In this document: positions 61,164 through 62,424 of the stretch, one piece after another
How the letters are laid out: each line of letters begins with the position of its first letter
How positions within the stretch are numbered: position 1 is the first letter of the stretch
Assembly: GCA_003213375.1 (NCBI GenBank)
Contig: QCNA01000001.1
Location: 1 to 62,424 of the forward strand
Reading direction: 5' to 3'
From: Prochlorococcus sp. AG-424-A03
GTDB taxonomy: Bacteria; Cyanobacteriota; Cyanobacteriia; PCC-6307; Cyanobiaceae
DNA length: 62,424 nucleotides
The notes under the pieces: generated by a model
The model's input: only the letters and a program-made list of their open reading frames with translations
Told to the model about the DNA's origin: nothing
The model's database searches: none
Position numbers and translations under genes: made by a program

Positions 61164-61197
61164 ATACTTATTTTTATTAATTTAAAATAATAATGTA

Positions 61198-61908
61198 TTA
61201 AACACTCAAGAATTTATCAATAACCGCTTGACTCAGCTCACTAGTATTTCCGCTAGCAACGATACCTCCGCGTTGCATCGCATAATATCTATTTGCTTGT
61301 CTTACAAAATGCAAATGTTGTTCAACTAATAAAACGCCAATTCCTGTATCTCTAATTATCTGGTTAATTGCATTCTCAATGTCTAAAACTATATTTGGCT
61401 GAATACCTTCCGTTGGTTCGTCAAGCAATAGAAGTTGAGGTTTGCCTAGCAATGCTCTTGCAATAGCTAATTGCTGTTGTTGTCCTCCACTAAGATCTCC
61501 TCCTTTCCTTTGAAGAAAATCTTTAAGGATTGGGAAGAGATCATAGATAAATGGATCTATTTTCTTGTTCTTAGATAATCCACCCGGTAGAGACTCCATC
61601 CCTAACATAAGATTCTCTTCAACTGATAGGTATGGAATAATTTCTCTCCCTTGAGGAACGTAAGCCATTCCTTTCCTTGCCCTCTGATGAGGTGCTTTTC
61701 TGTTGATATTTTCACCAATCAAATAAATATCTCCTTTTTTTTGTTTTAACAAACCAATTAGTGATTTCAATAAAGTTGTTTTGCCAACTCCATTTCTTCC
61801 AATCAAACAAACCATCTCTCCTGATTTAACGTTTAAATCTACATCTCTAAGAATATGACTCTCGCCATAATAAGTATTTAACGATTTTATTTCGAGTAAA
61901 TTTTCCAT
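61198..61908 (-). CDS. urtE: Urea ABC transporter ATP-binding subunit
   Basis: YYGESHIL, GRNGVGKTT, YVPQGREI, LSGGQQQQ, LDEPTEGIQP, VEQH. Confidence 0.95.
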   Translation of the reverse strand: MENLLEIKSLNTYYGESHILRDVDLNVKSGEMVCLIGRNGVGKTTLLKSLIGLLKQKKGDIYLIGENINRKAPHQRARKGMAYVPQGREIIPYLSVEENLMLGMESLPGGLSKNKKIDPFIYDLFPILKDFLQRKGGDLSGGQQQQLAIARALLGKPQLLLLDEPTEGIQPNIVLDIENAINQIIRDTGIGVLLVEQHLHFVRQANRYYAMQRGGIVASGNTSELSQAVIDKFLSV

Positions 61909-61910
61909 AA

Positions 61911-62424
61911 CTAGTCCTCAGGTCTTCCTAAATAAACATCAATAACTTTTTTGTCTTTTTGTATGGTTTCCATTGTTCCCTCACATAATACTGTGCCTTG
62001 ATTTAATACTGAAACATTACTATCAAGTCTTCTTATAAATTCCATATCGTGATCTATTACTACTACTGTATTTTCGCCTGATAAAGATTTTAATAAATCA
62101 GCTGTAAGATCTGTTTCTTCATCAGTTAAACCGGCAACAGGTTCATCTACTAACATTAAATCTGGCTTCTGTCCTACTAACATGGCTATCTCGAGCCATT
62201 GTTTTTGGCCATGAGATAAAGATCCAGCTTTAGAATCAACTTTTTGAGCTAAATTAACTATCTTCATTAGACGATCAATCTCAGTAAGCTGCTCATCCTT
62301 AATAATTTTATTTATAAGGTTTAAGGGACTTTTAGGAGTTGTCACCGATATTTCAAGATTTTCTTTAACTGTAAGATTTTCAAAGATTCTTGGACTTTGG
62401 AACTTTCTTCCAACTCCAAGTCTA
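61911..62424 (-). CDS. urtD: Urea ABC transporter ATP-binding subunit, 3' part only; start lies beyond the window
   Basis: GVGRKFQSPRIF, LSHGQKQWLEI, VDEPVAG, DHDM, VYLG; directly upstream of urtE. Confidence 0.93.
   Translation of the reverse strand, partial: RLGVGRKFQSPRIFENLTVKENLEISVTTPKSPLNLINKIIKDEQLTEIDRLMKIVNLAQKVDSKAGSLSHGQKQWLEIAMLVGQKPDLMLVDEPVAGLTDEETDLTADLLKSLSGENTVVVIDHDMEFIRRLDSNVSVLNQGTVLCEGTMETIQKDKKVIDVYLGRPED

Noticed and set aside
57100-61197. Prophage, tycheposon, IS element or CRISPR array in the islet
   Set aside because: No integrase or transposase, tRNA attachment site, phage structural gene or regularly spaced repeat is visible.

Overview
This is an AT-rich, gene-dense chromosomal segment whose gene content, order and proteins point to a high-light-adapted Prochlorococcus (inference). 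Positions 1-57,100 are mostly core genome: devBCA, rpsB-tsf with its leader, recG, sir, glyS, chlP, typA, lptB, ccsA, a central-carbon block (rpe, glpX, glgC, gnd, pgl, fbaA, prk), hemA, ilvD, cobW, purSQ, accD, leuB, lpxD, proB, hisA, pgsA and nth. An iron-homeostasis cluster (futC, ferritin, Crp-family regulator, three Fur-like boxes) and a Rieske oxygenase (probable chlorophyllide a oxygenase) follow. Positions ~57,100-61,200 form an islet of very small hypothetical ORFs, and the window ends in urtE and a partial urtD. I saw no tRNA, rRNA, CRISPR array, IS element or integrase. Five single-base indels in homopolymer runs break four genes, including essential glyS and lpxD, and look like sequencing errors. 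The best leads are: (i) a 40-aa Lys/Cys-rich microprotein missing from the ORF track, directly behind a Fur box and divergent from ferritin; (ii) an Rpe whose two metal-ligand histidines are both Gln; (iii) a ribbon-helix-helix-like gene flanked by repeated AGTG-N3-CACT palindromes; (iv) a degenerate Upp; (v) a 54-aa stand-alone DnaJ-type zinc finger behind cobW.
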